A stretch of DNA of 63,872 nucleotides, filler included, from Reclinomonas americana ATCC 50394 (Eukaryota), in assembly GCA_048213135.1 (NCBI GenBank). It is 8 parts of 8 records of this genome, joined end to end, with 100 filler letters (N's around TTAATTAATTAA, not from the genome) between each part and the next. Parts side by side here need not be neighbours in the genome. Positions count along the whole stretch, not along the records: positions 1 to 27,036 come from AFZH01020241.1; positions 27,137 to 31,995 come from AFZH01020244.1; positions 32,096 to 36,422 come from AFZH01020245.1; positions 36,523 to 45,281 come from AFZH01020246.1; 4 more parts are not named here. The stretch is one strand, 5' to 3'. The notes below the pieces were generated by a model, which was given only the letters and a program-made list of their open reading frames with translations, was not told the DNA's origin and ran no database searches. The position numbers and the translations under genes were made by a program. Shown here one piece after another: positions 27,016-39,500 of the stretch (the first letter of the stretch is position 1; each line of letters begins with the position of its first letter).

Positions 27016-27036
27016 CTGCACATGTCACACCACGCA

Positions 27037-27136
27037 NNNNNNNNNNNNNNNNNNNNNNNNNNNNNNNNNNNNNNNNNNNNTTAATTAATTAANNNNNNNN
27101 NNNNNNNNNNNNNNNNNNNNNNNNNNNNNNNNNNNN
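27037..27136. other. Artificial contig/gap spacer (N44-TTAATTAATTAA-N44); also at 31996-32095, 36423-36522, 45282-45381, 48478-48577, 56297-56396 and 62082-62181
   Basis: Identical 100-nt linker carrying stops in all six frames, repeated seven times. Confidence 0.97.
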
Positions 27137-27204
27137 ACACACACACACACACACTGCTCGTCAGCTGCCAAAACATCACACGAACGCTGAATGCAAAACG
27201 AGAC

Positions 27205-30200
27205 CTCTTCCAAATACTCCACTCGCAACGGCGGTCGTGCGCCCACCGCCGTCAGATCCTGGTACCGCTGCATCAACTCGAGAATGCGCTCAGCAAAGAA
27301 CAGCTTTCCTTGCTGCGCAATAAAATCGTGAGATGGGTGACGACGAGCAGGCAGCAGTGAGTCCGCTTGCGACGCACCTCCTTGCTCAAGTTGGACACCG
27401 AGGCCGACAAGAGGCGTTCGGTGACGGCAAGCCGCAACTCGGCCGGGTACGACTGCATCCAGAACTTGCTGAAGCAGTAGTTGGCCACGTAGGGCACGCG
27501 CGCACGTGGCATCTCCGAGAAAAACGACACGAGTTTCTGTGGACAACTCCCGGTCAGCAACCCGCAAGCTTCAGCCATGCATCCAACCACAACGGCACCT
27601 CATTGATCTCGTGCGCGTGGCGATGGTTGGATTCGCGCAACACCGGCAGCACCACGTCGAGAAGCGAGGCAGAAGAGCTGCGCACGAGAAGCGACATGAT
27701 GGTGTCGAGCACAAGAATGTACTCCTTGTAGCCGGTGGAGCCCTCGTCGAGTTCGTGCGAACTCGAGGGGAATTCGTCATTGACAATGCTGCGAATGGCC
27801 TCCACCAGTGGTCTGCGTGTGGAGTGCGGCGATGGGCGGGTGGCCACACGCGCACAAAGACATCTATGCACACAAACCTCAGCGTCAACACGAGACCCGA
27901 AAGCGACGGATCCATTTGTGCCTCCTGCTCGAGAGACAATAGGTGATGCAGCTGGCCGAGAGCCTTCAGGCGCAGCGGGATCTCCACGCTGCGGTCTTCA
28001 GCGACTCGCTCCAGGCAGCAGCAGTAGCTGCGTGGAGCATCAAAGAATGCAAATCAGTGTGGTGAGTCTCCCAAGACTGCTGCTGAGCAACGCAACAATC
28101 GCACGAGGGAGCCGAGGTTGATCCACGTCGCGTCGCCCAGTGCACTGGAGGAGATGAGGTAGAGGCTCTCGAGGTACGACAGGATGGAGCGCTGGAGTGT
28201 CATGCGGCTCATATCGCGTGGCATGCGATAGATGTCGTCGAGCTGGCGCGGCAGCGACTCGCGGACCTGCTGCACGTATTCGACCAGCGCCGACGACTGT
28301 CGCGATCGCAGATGCTCCGACAAATGCTTCAACAGGCGGAACAGGAACGGCTTCTGCAGGCAGTTGCGGAACAGTTGCGGCAGCAGCGACAGATTGCCAC
28401 CAACGCGCTCGAGGATCTGCGTCATTTTTCAGTTGCTTGGCGAGCAAAGCACAATACCTCGAATGCGCTCACCTTGCGCTTGAAATTCAAGTAAAACACC
28501 TCGCCACGGGGCAGCTCAGGCAGCACCACCTGCTCTTCGTCGCCGTCCAAGCTGGGCTGCCGCACCACTTGACCTCCACTGCCGAAACTGTCGCGACGTC
28601 TGCGTCGCACACCGCGCAACTTCTCCGGCGTGTCGTCCATCAGCCAGTAAAATAGCAGTGCGTCGTCGTTGTGAATGGCCAGCACGAACTCCAGCAGATC
28701 GGAACCCAGCTGCCGCTGCTCGGGCGGCAAGATCTGTGGAAAACGCAAGGGAGGATGAGCGTGAAGATGAATCGCTTACCTCTCGGTTTCTGTGGCCACT
28801 CACCCCACAGCCCAGCAGTTGTTTAGAGACGCGCTGGCACACCTCGTCGGCCGCAATCGGCAGGCACAACAGCATCGCCGTCCCCAATGTCTGCTGCAGC
28901 AGCAGGTGGCCATTGGCGACGTTGCTCACGTGCGCCAAGTGCATCTCTGCGACACCATGTGAGGGCGTGCTCCAATAATGTTTCTCCCCCAACAAAGCCT
29001 GCGACAAAATACCTTGTCCAAACAGGCGCTGCGTGTGCAACGCGTACTCGGGCAGCGCCAGCATCAGGCGCAGCAGATCGAGAAAATCATCGCGCACGGC
29101 CGCGACCTCTGCCGGCAGATTGACCACCAGCCGGCACCACTCGGTACAAGACGCACGCAGACGTCGCAGGCTGGTGGTGTCGTCGACCTGGAAGCCGAGA
29201 CTTGTCGGATCCAGCACAGCGCGGACCACCATCCTGCGACGACACACAAGGGTGCGCTCAGGAGAATGGGAAAAGCGCGCGCGCGGCGAAATACAAGGAC
29301 GCACCGGAAAAAGTCGGTGCCGAGCACGGCGTGACGCACAATGGACGAGCGGTGGTGATCGAGCAGGAACGTCACAAATTGGACGCACTTGATGATGGTT
29401 GCACTGCATGGCGAGAGCAAAGATTACGGACAGCAGAGACACACACACACAAACACGAGTGAGAGCACAAAACAATCACCAGCGGCATTGTTGAGCGCGC
29501 CGCTGCGCCGCGGTGAGCGGACCAGCTTCGCCAAACAGGTCGGCCGAGAGCACGGAGAAGGCCTCCACAAAGTTGCCGACGTGATCTAACAGCACGCTAC
29601 CACCCACAAGAGTCTGCGAACCAGAGTGAGCGCACATTACAGCGGTGCGCAGCAGTTGTCCGCCTCACCTCGTGAGGGAACGCCCATTTGTTGAAAAAGA
29701 GCCACAGGTGCGCGTCCATGGCACTCTGCAGGCTCAACGAATACAGCCCAATGTCGACAGACGCCGGTGTGCTGTCGAGCAGCGAGAGTGAGGAGAAACA
29801 GGTGCAGGCACAGACAAATTAAGAAACGTACCACGAGCCAGCAAATTGCTCCAGTTCCCGCTCGCACCACTTGAACACGTCCTTGCCAAACTGCGCTTTG
29901 ATCCACGTGCGCACGCCAGTGTCGGGAACATCGCTGCCGCGCTCCACTTGCCCTGCACCACGACCATGAGCGCTAACAGATTTTTTTGTGAGCGATGAGT
30001 GAATTTCGGCACTCACCGTGCTTGGTGACTTTTGTGCAAATCGGCTTGAACAGCGACATGCATGCCTTGCGCAGGCCGGATTCGTTGCGTCCAATTTGCT
30101 GAGCATAGCACCAGCGTTAAGTGCCGCCCACACACAAATATACAACAGGGGCAGACCTCAAACATCCATCGCGCGGCGTGTTCGAGATTGGGATGGAAAC

Positions 30201-33200
30201 CGAATTTCACGTCGTCGCGCATCAGCACCGCCGCCTGGTCTTCGAGCACGCGGCCCATGTGCTGCAGCAACAACTTGGCCTGCTTGGCCGTTCCTAAAAA
30301 ATAAAAAAATAAAAAAAGTAAGTGCTCCCGGCGGGGGTCGAACCCGCGATCTTTGGCTCATAAGACCAATGCTTTACCACTCAGCTACGGGGGCGATCAA
30401 TCGCGCGGGAGTTTGCTAAACCCGACCCTCCCATGCAATGCACCCACTCACCGAGAGCAGCATTGTCACGTTCAGCCAGCTCCAGGCACACCATGGCGTC
30501 GTGGAAAATGTCGAGCGCCCACAGCGCCGCAATGCGACGGTTCCGTTCGCCCAAAAATACCTGCGCGCACCCTACAGTTCAGTACGGTAGCGGAAACGCA
30601 GAGAAACGCACTGCACTCGCCTTGTACATCTTGTTGAGGGCGAGGCAGGCACCGAGACGGCGCATCGGCGACGGGTGGTGCATGAAACCGTGCAGCCGGT
30701 TGAAGACGGATCGCACGTTGCCGAATTGGTTCTCCTTGATGAACTTGAGTGACCAGTGCAGGAACTCGTTGACGGAGCGCGCCGCGTAGTCGCGCAGCGC
30801 ACCATTGTTGGGTGCGCAGAGGCCTTCCAGCGCCGCATCGAGCAGCGCCATTGTTTCCTTGTTCTCGTACAGCATGTTGCGGGTGAACCAGTGAATCAGC
30901 TGCTGCACGAGCGGGTCAAAGAGCTGCCGCGTGACCTCCTCCGGATCGACGGCGAGACGGAAGAGCGCCGGGAAGATGTGCGCGTAGAGCGTGTACAGCG
31001 GGGTCTGCGTTCTCACAGTCAGTCGAATCACCAAGAGAGAGGGCGGGCGACACTTCTGACACGCACCGGCTCATCCAGCAACGCTTGCAGCTGTCGCTCG
31101 TGCGTGTCGTCGCGGCGACCTGCTGCGCTGCCACTGCCGCTGCCTCCACTGCCGCTGGCACTGCCGACACTGACCTCGTCGATACGCCGTTTCCGACCAC
31201 GACCGCTGATCGATGTGGCAGCTGTCGACGCGCCGGTTGTGGTGCCGGCGGCGGTGCGCGATTTGCGCGAAGAGCGCGACGATTGAGAGCCTTGCAGGTC
31301 GGAACTGTCGTCGCTCGGCGGCTCCATGTCGCCCAATGATGAGGCCAGCAGCTGCAGGCTGTGGTCCAGCGCCTCGTCGTCCAAGTCCATCGCCGCCGAC
31401 AGTGGCGCGCCAAGCGTGAGCCGCGTCACCGATTGTGGATTCGACTCGCGAATGGCCGACAGATGCGATTGCAGTTGGATGCTGTGCGCAGATTGATTGA
31501 GGGACGGGGGAGTGAGCGGTCGTAACCAGCGGCGGTAGTACGCAACGCGCGGTCGTTGCGAACGGCGGCGGTCGAATTGGTGCCGACCATGAAGAGCACA
31601 ATCGAGTGCAGAAACTCGGCGGCCGACACCTTGGTTCGCCGATCCGAGGCCGTCTCGGCGAGCTCCACCACACGCGGCAGAAGCGAATCTGCGTGTGTGA
31701 CACACGCACATTGAGCAAATAAGTGCCGGCACACCGACAACAAGCGCCCTCACCAAAGACCACATCCAAGTTCAAGTCCTGGAAGCGCAGTCGGCACTTG
31801 ACACGCGCCTCGGTGTCCCACGCCGACACGGCATCTCGGTCGGCCTCATCCGTGTGCCGCAACAGCGCTCGATTGTCGCCACCCAATCGGCCAAGCAAGT
31901 GTACCACTCGTCGTTGCGTGCTGGCAAACGTGATCTGCGGCAACGGGTCAGCACGGGGCAGTGGGGGACGGCCGACAATGAAAAAAGGGATACACNNNNN
32001 NNNNNNNNNNNNNNNNNNNNNNNNNNNNNNNNNNNNNNNTTAATTAATTAANNNNNNNNNNNNNNNNNNNNNNNNNNNNNNNNNNNNNNNNNNNNAACCG
32101 AGTCCTTTTCGTTGAACTGACGTGGAGCCGAACGCTGCGACTTGCGTCTCTTGGATGTCACGCTCCTGGTGGGTGCGGAGGGTGGGCCCGGTGTCTCCAG
32201 GTCCTCGTCGTCCTCAATGGCGGTCACCAGGTAATCGCTGAGCGACGGCAGCACCTGCGAGATCAGCACGTCGGCATCGGCCGGTGCCGATCGCAGCCAC
32301 TTTTCCAGTGCGTCGAGACCCATTTGGGCGAGCGGTGGATAACTGAGCGTGGGAGACGATGAGCTGAATAAACGGGAGAGAGATACTATAGAACGGCAAG
32401 CATCGTGGTACCTCAGTCCCAAGTGGAATGCGTGTCGCAGCGGGAACACCAGTCGTCGAGTGGCCATGATCTGTGCGGAAACGACCCACAGCTGAGGGAA
32501 CAATAACGAGCTGTGATGCTATCCTTGTCCGACCTGACCTCAATGGGCACAGCGAGGAGGAACGAGACGCAGGAGGCCAGCAGGTCGCCCTTGTACTCGG
32601 GGATCTGCACCATGGCATCGTCGGCAAAGTTGACAATCAGATTCTTGCAGAGCATTCGTGTCTCCTGACTCGGCGACGCCACCACCGCCGCCGACGCCGC
32701 CTCCTGGTCGACACTCATTGCCTCCTGCGTGTGTGTGCGGTTCATGCTCAGTCATGCGTAGGCGCGGTCTCTTTGGCGGCTGTCGAACGCACGCACCCTC
32801 TCTTCATCGCTCTCGGCGAAATACTTGAGGCGCTCGGCGCACATCATCGACACGGCCAGCAACTTGTAAAAGCCGCTGACGTACGGGAAGGCGTGGAACT
32901 GGCTGATGAATGTCTGGCACGCCGTGTACAACCAGTGCTCGAAGCGCTCGGGGTAGCACTGCGGTATTGGACAGGCGCGATCAGCATGCAGCGTACCTCG
33001 TCGGTCACACTCGACACAACAAAGTACCTTGCGCAGAATGCGCTCGGTGAACTCGACCAAGTTGAGGAACATGATGTACTGGCGCGGATCCTTGGGCATA
33101 AAGTCGTCCTCCAGATCGTTGCCGTGCATCAACCGCAGCTGCCACACAAAAGGCACAAGCATCAGCACCGCACCGCAAGTAACGAAAGTCAAAGAACGGT

Positions 33201-35710
33201 TGAGGAACCTTTTCCTCCTCTGTGACACGCGAGTCAATCTCCAAGCCGTACTCCACATCCAGTGTGCCGCCGGTGCGCGCGATCGAGGCTACGGAAGAAG
33301 GAAGAGGAAGAAAACTGAGAGGAGAGATGAAGCTGGAGAAAGGAAGGAGCCGTGCACGCAACCATCAATAGTGACTGGAGATGGCGCACCGACGCCACCG
33401 CTCTCCTCGGCCGCCTTGCTGTCATGTGAGAAGAGTGAGCGAGAGTGAGGGAAAGACTCCAACCCACTACGTGGCACGCAACACCGGGCAACACGACAAG
33501 TCGAGATCGGTCATGAAGCGGAACAAGTCCTCCATCAGTCGATCATACACGGCCGTTCGCACCGAGGCCACAAACTCGTCCGAGAGATTCATGGCACACC
33601 ACGGGTAGCCCCACGTCTGCGGCGTGTAGTAGTACGGATCGAGAACCTTGGTCCACAGACGCACGTATCTGCGCAATCTGCGTGAGTGCCAGACATCACC
33701 AAAAAGTGCAACAGACGACGCAACAATCGATGCGCGCTCTTGCGTCGCGAGATGGACGTCGCTTCGCTGCCAGCACTGACGCCGCCGCTCCCGCCGCCGC
33801 CACCACCACCACTGCCACCACTGCCACTGCCACCCGCCGCATCTGTGTCCACAATGCGCGTCGGGGCTCCCTGCGGCATTGCACACAGGAAGAGAGCCGG
33901 ATGCACTGTGTGACGTAAAGTCGTCGTTCAGTTGACTGTCACAGCAAGAGATTGTTGCAACGAGTGCCACGCAACTGATGCGCGACAACATGTCGTGCAG
34001 CGGCGGACCGAGGATGCCTAGTGCCAAAAAGAGGCGAGCAGTGGACTTGTACACGAGTCCGGCGTGTCGCTGGCTGGCGCTCTGCGACGGGTACGTGCGC
34101 ACCACCACGCCAATCAGCTTGGTGAGACTCTCCAGCTCCGTCTCGCCCACATGCTCCACCGCCGTCATAATGTTGGCAAAGCACTCGATAAAGTTGGGCA
34201 GGGCGGCCATGTACTCGTACGATGTCTCCTCGCTGTGCACGCATCGCAGCGCGTCAGGGATCACACGACGGAAGGGTGAGAGAAAAGGAGAGAGATTATC
34301 GCAACTGAGGTCGCAAGAGCTCATCGGTGAACTGAAAGAGGAGACGGAGCATTTTCTGCAACTCGTCGGCGCCCCAGAACTGGCGCAACGGACCAGCAAA
34401 GTGACCAAAGGCGTGAATGGCCACACTAATCTCGTAGCGGCTCATTTTGCGCGCATCGAGCATGCGTGAGAACTCGCCAATCATGCGCTGGGAAGAGAAA
34501 AGGTGAGGCGGCGTGAGGGTGCGAGGTGGATGGCGCAGAAGACAGAGCACACCTGAAAATCGCGGGCATTGTCGACCTGGGAGCGATCGTCGGACATGAG
34601 CTCGCGCGAGATCTCCTCCAGAAACGACTGCAGCGCCGGGTACGCACCGCGGCGTAGCTCAGCATTGGTGTGCTTGCACAGCTCGGCCAGCAGGCGAAAG
34701 ACTCGATCGGCCTCCTCCATGAGGTACCGACGGAGCTGAAAGGCGTGAGCGGCCAACAGCCGCAGTGCCGACCGCGCCACCTCGTACCGCTTCATTTCGC
34801 CAAGCGACAGAGCCTGTCGCACAAACTTGAAGAGTGGCGCCAGCATGTCGGACTCGACCACATCCTCCGGGAAGCCCTTGAGCGCCGACGCCAGGCCGTC
34901 AAAGACGCCAGAAATCACCGCCGGTTCCTCGGAGCGCTTGTTCTCCTGCTGCCGCAAAGCGTCCATGGCCAGCCGCTTGTACTGATCGGCCCGCTGATCC
35001 TTGGCAAACACCTCCGGATGCACCTGTGGCGCTGCGTGTCACACCACAACAACAGGCACATGAGTGCATACGTGCAGGCGCGTACCTTTAGCAGCTGTCC
35101 CAGCAACTCAAACATGAAGCCACGAACTGCGTCGACAAAAGGAAAGAAATGAGGGGTCGGAGTAACAAACAAGGCAATGAAGAAGGCGATACACAACTTG
35201 TCGCCGTGCCACTCTGCGTCAGCTTGCGCACATCGCGCAACAAACTGCGAGAACAGTCAGCGTGCTCACTCACTTTCTCCGCGCTGCTCCAGCTAGACAA
35301 ACCTATCAAAGAGCTGACCGGTGGCCAATTGCGACGCCGGCAACGCCGGCTTGATATCGAACACGGCACTGACACAGCGCAGCGCCACCAACTTGACACG
35401 ATTGGCGGTCTCCGAGCGATACATCTCCAGGCACTTGTCCTGAACGAGTGGGGAAAGGGGGGAGGAAGTCAAACAAGAGAAAGTGGGGAGGACAACCCCC
35501 CCTTCCGTCGCCAAACCTTGACCAGTGCACCGTATCGCGACACCACATTCGTCTGCGCCGTCTGCACCACCTCCGCCACCAGCTCCAACACCAACTTGCG
35601 AGCCTCTTGCATGGCATGTGCGCGATCGCCACTCGGACCGGTTCGCGAGAGCAGCACAAAGGCAAAGAGGCCCTCGCTCACGTCAAAGAGGCGGCTGCAG
35701 AGCGAGTCCG
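27205..35710 (-). CDS. PRKDC: DNA-dependent protein kinase catalytic subunit, N-terminal/HEAT half (partial, spans the gap at 31996-32095)
   Basis: Peptides '[36 protein letters not shown]', '[36 protein letters not shown]...[18 protein letters not shown]', 'MFLNLVEF', '[11 protein letters not shown]', '[14 protein letters not shown]' and '[12 protein letters not shown]' match DNA-PKcs blocks as I recall them, in colinear order. FAT and kinase domains are not in the window. Confidence 0.93.
30296..30317 (-). terminator. RNA polymerase III terminator (T7-A-T7-A-T6) of the tRNA gene; also the polypyrimidine tract of the host intron
   Basis: The T runs begin 5 nt after the tRNA discriminator base and run directly into the AG acceptor at 30294-30295. 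Confidence 0.8.
30323..30394 (-). tRNA. tRNA-Ile(UAU), intronless, nested in a PRKDC intron on the same strand
   Basis: GCCCCCG TA GCTG AGTGGTA AAGC A TTGGT CTTATGA GCCAA AGATC GCGGG TTCGACC CCCGC CGGGAGC A folds as a cloverleaf with A/B boxes and anticodon TAT. There is one C3-A70 mismatch in the acceptor stem. Confidence 0.93.
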
Positions 35711-35813
35711 CTGGGGGAGGGGACGGGAGGGGAAGGGGAAGGGGAAGGGGAGAAGGGGAGAAGTGGGGAAATGGAATGAGTTGTCCACGAGAAGAAGAGG
35801 AGGATGTGCAACT

Positions 35814-35827
35814 GAGAGAGAGTGTGA

Positions 35828-35873
<46 letters not shown>

Positions 35874-35896
35874 AAGAGAGAGGAGAGAGAGACGAC

Positions 35897-35944
<48 letters not shown>

Positions 35945-36127
35945 GGAAGGAGAAACGGAGAAAGCCCGAGATGCAGAGACAAGAGAGAGTGAGAGAGAGA
36001 GAGAGAAAGAGAAGGAGAAAGCCCGAGATCCCAAGAGAGAGAGAGAGAGAAAGAGAGAAAGAGAGAGAAGAGAAGGGAAGGAGAAAGGGAGAAAGCCCGA
36101 GATGCAGAAAGAGACAACAAGACTGCA

Positions 36128-36163
<36 letters not shown>

Positions 36164-36330
36164 AGAGAGAGAGACAACAAGACTGCAAGAAAGATAGAGA
36201 CAACTAGACTGCAAGAGAAAGAAAGAGAAGGAGAAAGCCCGAGATGCAGAGAGACAACTAGACTACAAGGGAGAGATTGTCTCTCTCTCTCTCTCTCTCT
36301 TGTGTGTGTGCGTGTGTGTGTGTGTGTGCA
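35814..36330. repeat. (GA)n microsatellite interspersed with short repeated units (GGAGAAAGCCCGAGAT, AGACAAC[A/T]AGACTGCAAG), followed by (CT)n/(GT)n
   Basis: Read directly from the sequence. It lies in the intron or upstream region 5' of the first visible PRKDC exon. Confidence 0.9.
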
Positions 36331-36522
36331 TGCGTGTATGCTTTATCTGTTGCATGTTCTCTCGTCTCCCTCTCTCTCCCTCTCTTCTTCTCTCTCCTCT
36401 CCTCTCCCACACCCCTCCCACTNNNNNNNNNNNNNNNNNNNNNNNNNNNNNNNNNNNNNNNNNNNNTTAATTAATTAANNNNNNNNNNNNNNNNNNNNNN
36501 NNNNNNNNNNNNNNNNNNNNNN

Positions 36523-39500
36523 ACGACGGCGAGACGAACGCGCGACCGCCTGCTGCACCACCGGCGTGAAGCCCTGAGCGGGACGCACGCGAGACAGAGC
36601 GCCGCGGAAAATGCTGGCACAAATGAAAGAGAGTGTGAGTCAACGATTGATAAACAAAAAATGAAGGCGAGAGGCGACAACGCACTTGAGGTCGACACCG
36701 GCTTCGCGAAGGGCGAGCAGACGACGAGGACCGCGCACAATCTGGCGCCGCGAGGCACCACCTTCCGAGCGCGTCGGCGACTGTGCACCTGGGCGCATCG
36801 CCGAGCCCTCGTAGCCGTACAGTTGCGCCGTCTCCAGATCGAATCCGTAGCGCATCAGATCGGTCTTCACGCGCTCCTTTCGCGCATTCGAGCGTTGCAC
36901 GCGCGTCGAGGCGTGCCGCAGACGAGTCTGCAGATCGCGACCCTCCACACCCTCCTCGCCGGCCCACAACTTGCGGTCGCGCAGCGTCTCCGACACCTCG
37001 CCAGCCGGCACCGTCGGCACCACCGGCGGAATGCTGGTCTTGAGGCGACGCGGCGACATGGAGCGACCGCGAGACGGCGACACGGAATGCGCGGCAGCAG
37101 TTGGTGGCGGAGGAGCTACACATGTTTGCGTGTGCGTGTGAGAAAAATGCAAACAAAAGGAGTACTTGACGAAATCAGGGACGCAACTGCGCGGAGCACG
37201 GCGAGGGCGGTTCGGGCGAGAAAGCACAGAGCGCAACTTGCGCTGCAGCTCGCACACCACGCGCAGCAGTACCGGCAGGCGCATGCGCAGACGCAGACCA
37301 CGCCAGGCAGCCTGGATCTTCACCGCCGCTCGCTGACGCACAAACACCTCGTACGGGCTCGGGTAGTACGGAATAAGAGCCTCGGCCGATTGCGGGCGCT
37401 GTGCTGCCAGGTTGCGCAAGGGGTTGACCGGCAGCGTCGGCAGGCGACGCAGCAGACGGCGGTTCGTGGCCTCCCACTGTGATGGTGTGCGGCCCTTGTA
37501 GAACATGCCCACGAGAATGCGAGAGAGCACCTGATCGGCCGCCTGTGTGGCTTCGATGCGCAAATGGCGGCGCTGACGAGCACGGTAGGCCGACAGCACC
37601 ACGTGGCGACGCCAGTACTTTTGAATGGTGACGGCGGCGGCAGTGGCCGCCACTCGGTAGTGACGAGCGGCGGCACGGCCGGCCACCATGCGCGCCCACG
37701 GCGTCAACACGGCAGCCGCACGGCGCATGGCAGCGTGACGCTGACGCACAATGTAGCCGCGAGCGTACCGCTGCAGCGTGATGATGGCCTGGAGGGAAAG
37801 AAAGAGAGATGTGAGGAATACGAGTTGGGAAGCAAATGCAAAGATGGGAAACAAGGACAACTGACCTTGCGAGCAGTGCTGTAGTGCCGACGAGCGAGCC
37901 AGCCACGAGCCACCGTTTGCAGGGCACGCGCACCGCAGTAGCGGGCGGCCGCACGGCGCGGCGCCAACACATGCCAGCGGAACGCACGCTGAATGGCAAC
38001 GGTGCTGGCAATGCGCCGAGCCAGCACTCGTCGCTGGACCGCAGCGCGCCAGAAGCGCTGGATGGTGACCACGGCCTGCATGAAGCGGCGGAAACGAGAC
38101 ATGGCTTGCACCTGTACGCGATCACGATGATGAGTGAACAGGAGAGAGGCAAAGCAAGTAGAATCATTTGTCTCGTAGTCACTCACCTTGCGGAACCACT
38201 CCTGCACGCAAGTGGCGGATTCGGTCTGGCGAGCGACCAGTGCGCGTGCGTGGTGTTGACGCCACGCAGACTGGATGCGCACCGCTGCCTTTTGCCAGCG
38301 TCGCACCATGCGGCGCACCGGAACCACGCAGGTCATGAAGCGCGCCACGCGCACAGCCGCCTGGTGTTGACGACGGAAGCGCGCACGAGCCAGCGCGGTG
38401 CGCATGGCACGCTGCACCAGGGCCACGGCACGGCACAGCTTCTGGTAGCGGAAGCGCACCACGTAGCCACGCAGAGCAGCGTTGAGCCGCTCGCGCATCT
38501 TGGCAAGGCGCTCCAGACGGGCACTGTTGTTGGTTTTTTCCAAGGTGATGAGACACACACACACACACGAAGGAGAAAGCAGCAGCAAGCAACCAAGTGC
38601 AACGCAACGGACGACGACGCCAGGCCGACTGCAGAATGACGGCGGCCACATGCTGGCGCGTGATGCGTGCACGAACAATGAGACCACGCATCGCAGTCTG
38701 CAGGCGAATCGCGGCCGAAGTTCGCTTCGCCACCAGAGCACGAGCGCGGCGAGCGCGCCACAGGCGCTGCAGCAGGCGAGCGGCCGAGACGCGCTCTTGC
38801 ACTGTGTGACGTCGCATACGGTCGCGCACAAACAAAGCAATGGTCGACGCAGCCGCGTGCTTGGCGCGCAGCAACGCACGAGCGGCCACACCGCGCCACA
38901 TGGCCTGCAGGCGAGTGACTGACGACTTGGCACGGAACAGATGGTGACGCTGCAGCACGCCGCGGGCGAGAGCCTGCAGGCGGCCGACGCAGTAGAGCCA
39001 GCGTTGCACGTGCTCCTTGGACAGGTGCTTCAGGTACGTGGCCTGGAACATCAGCGACGAGTCCTTCTTGCACGCCAGTTGCTGGCGCGCCAAGTGCAGG
39101 CGCACATTCGTCTGGATGCGCAGGGCGGCCGCTTGCTGCTGACGCATGTGCTGCAAGGATGGAGGAGGATGAGGACCACCGTGACAACACACTCTCTTCT
39201 CCTCAGGAAGCACTCACCAGTCGGACACGGGCACCACGCATCACGCGGTTGATCTGCGCGGCGGCGGCCAGTCGGCGCTCCAGCTGGCACATGGCCACGT
39301 AGCGACGTGCCACACGCTGAATGACCATGGCGGCCTTGCGGCGCTTGACCATCCGCTCGGCGAGATTGGCCTGGTGCGCGGCCTGCGACACCAGCAGGGC
39401 CGCAGCACGCTTGCGTGCCACCGCATTGACGGCGACACGACGCTTCCACGCGGCCTGCATGCAACGAGCGGCCTTCTGCAAGCCCACAAGCCGGCAGCGC

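Noticed and set aside
27037..27136. Repeated TTAATTAATTAA palindrome within N runs, as a biological repeat or recombination site
   Set aside because: It is an identical 100-nt artificial linker with six-frame stops.
35149..36474. Long RE/SL-rich ORFs (also 45513-46411 and 55237-56344 in part)
   Set aside because: They are translations of microsatellites or low-complexity tracts.
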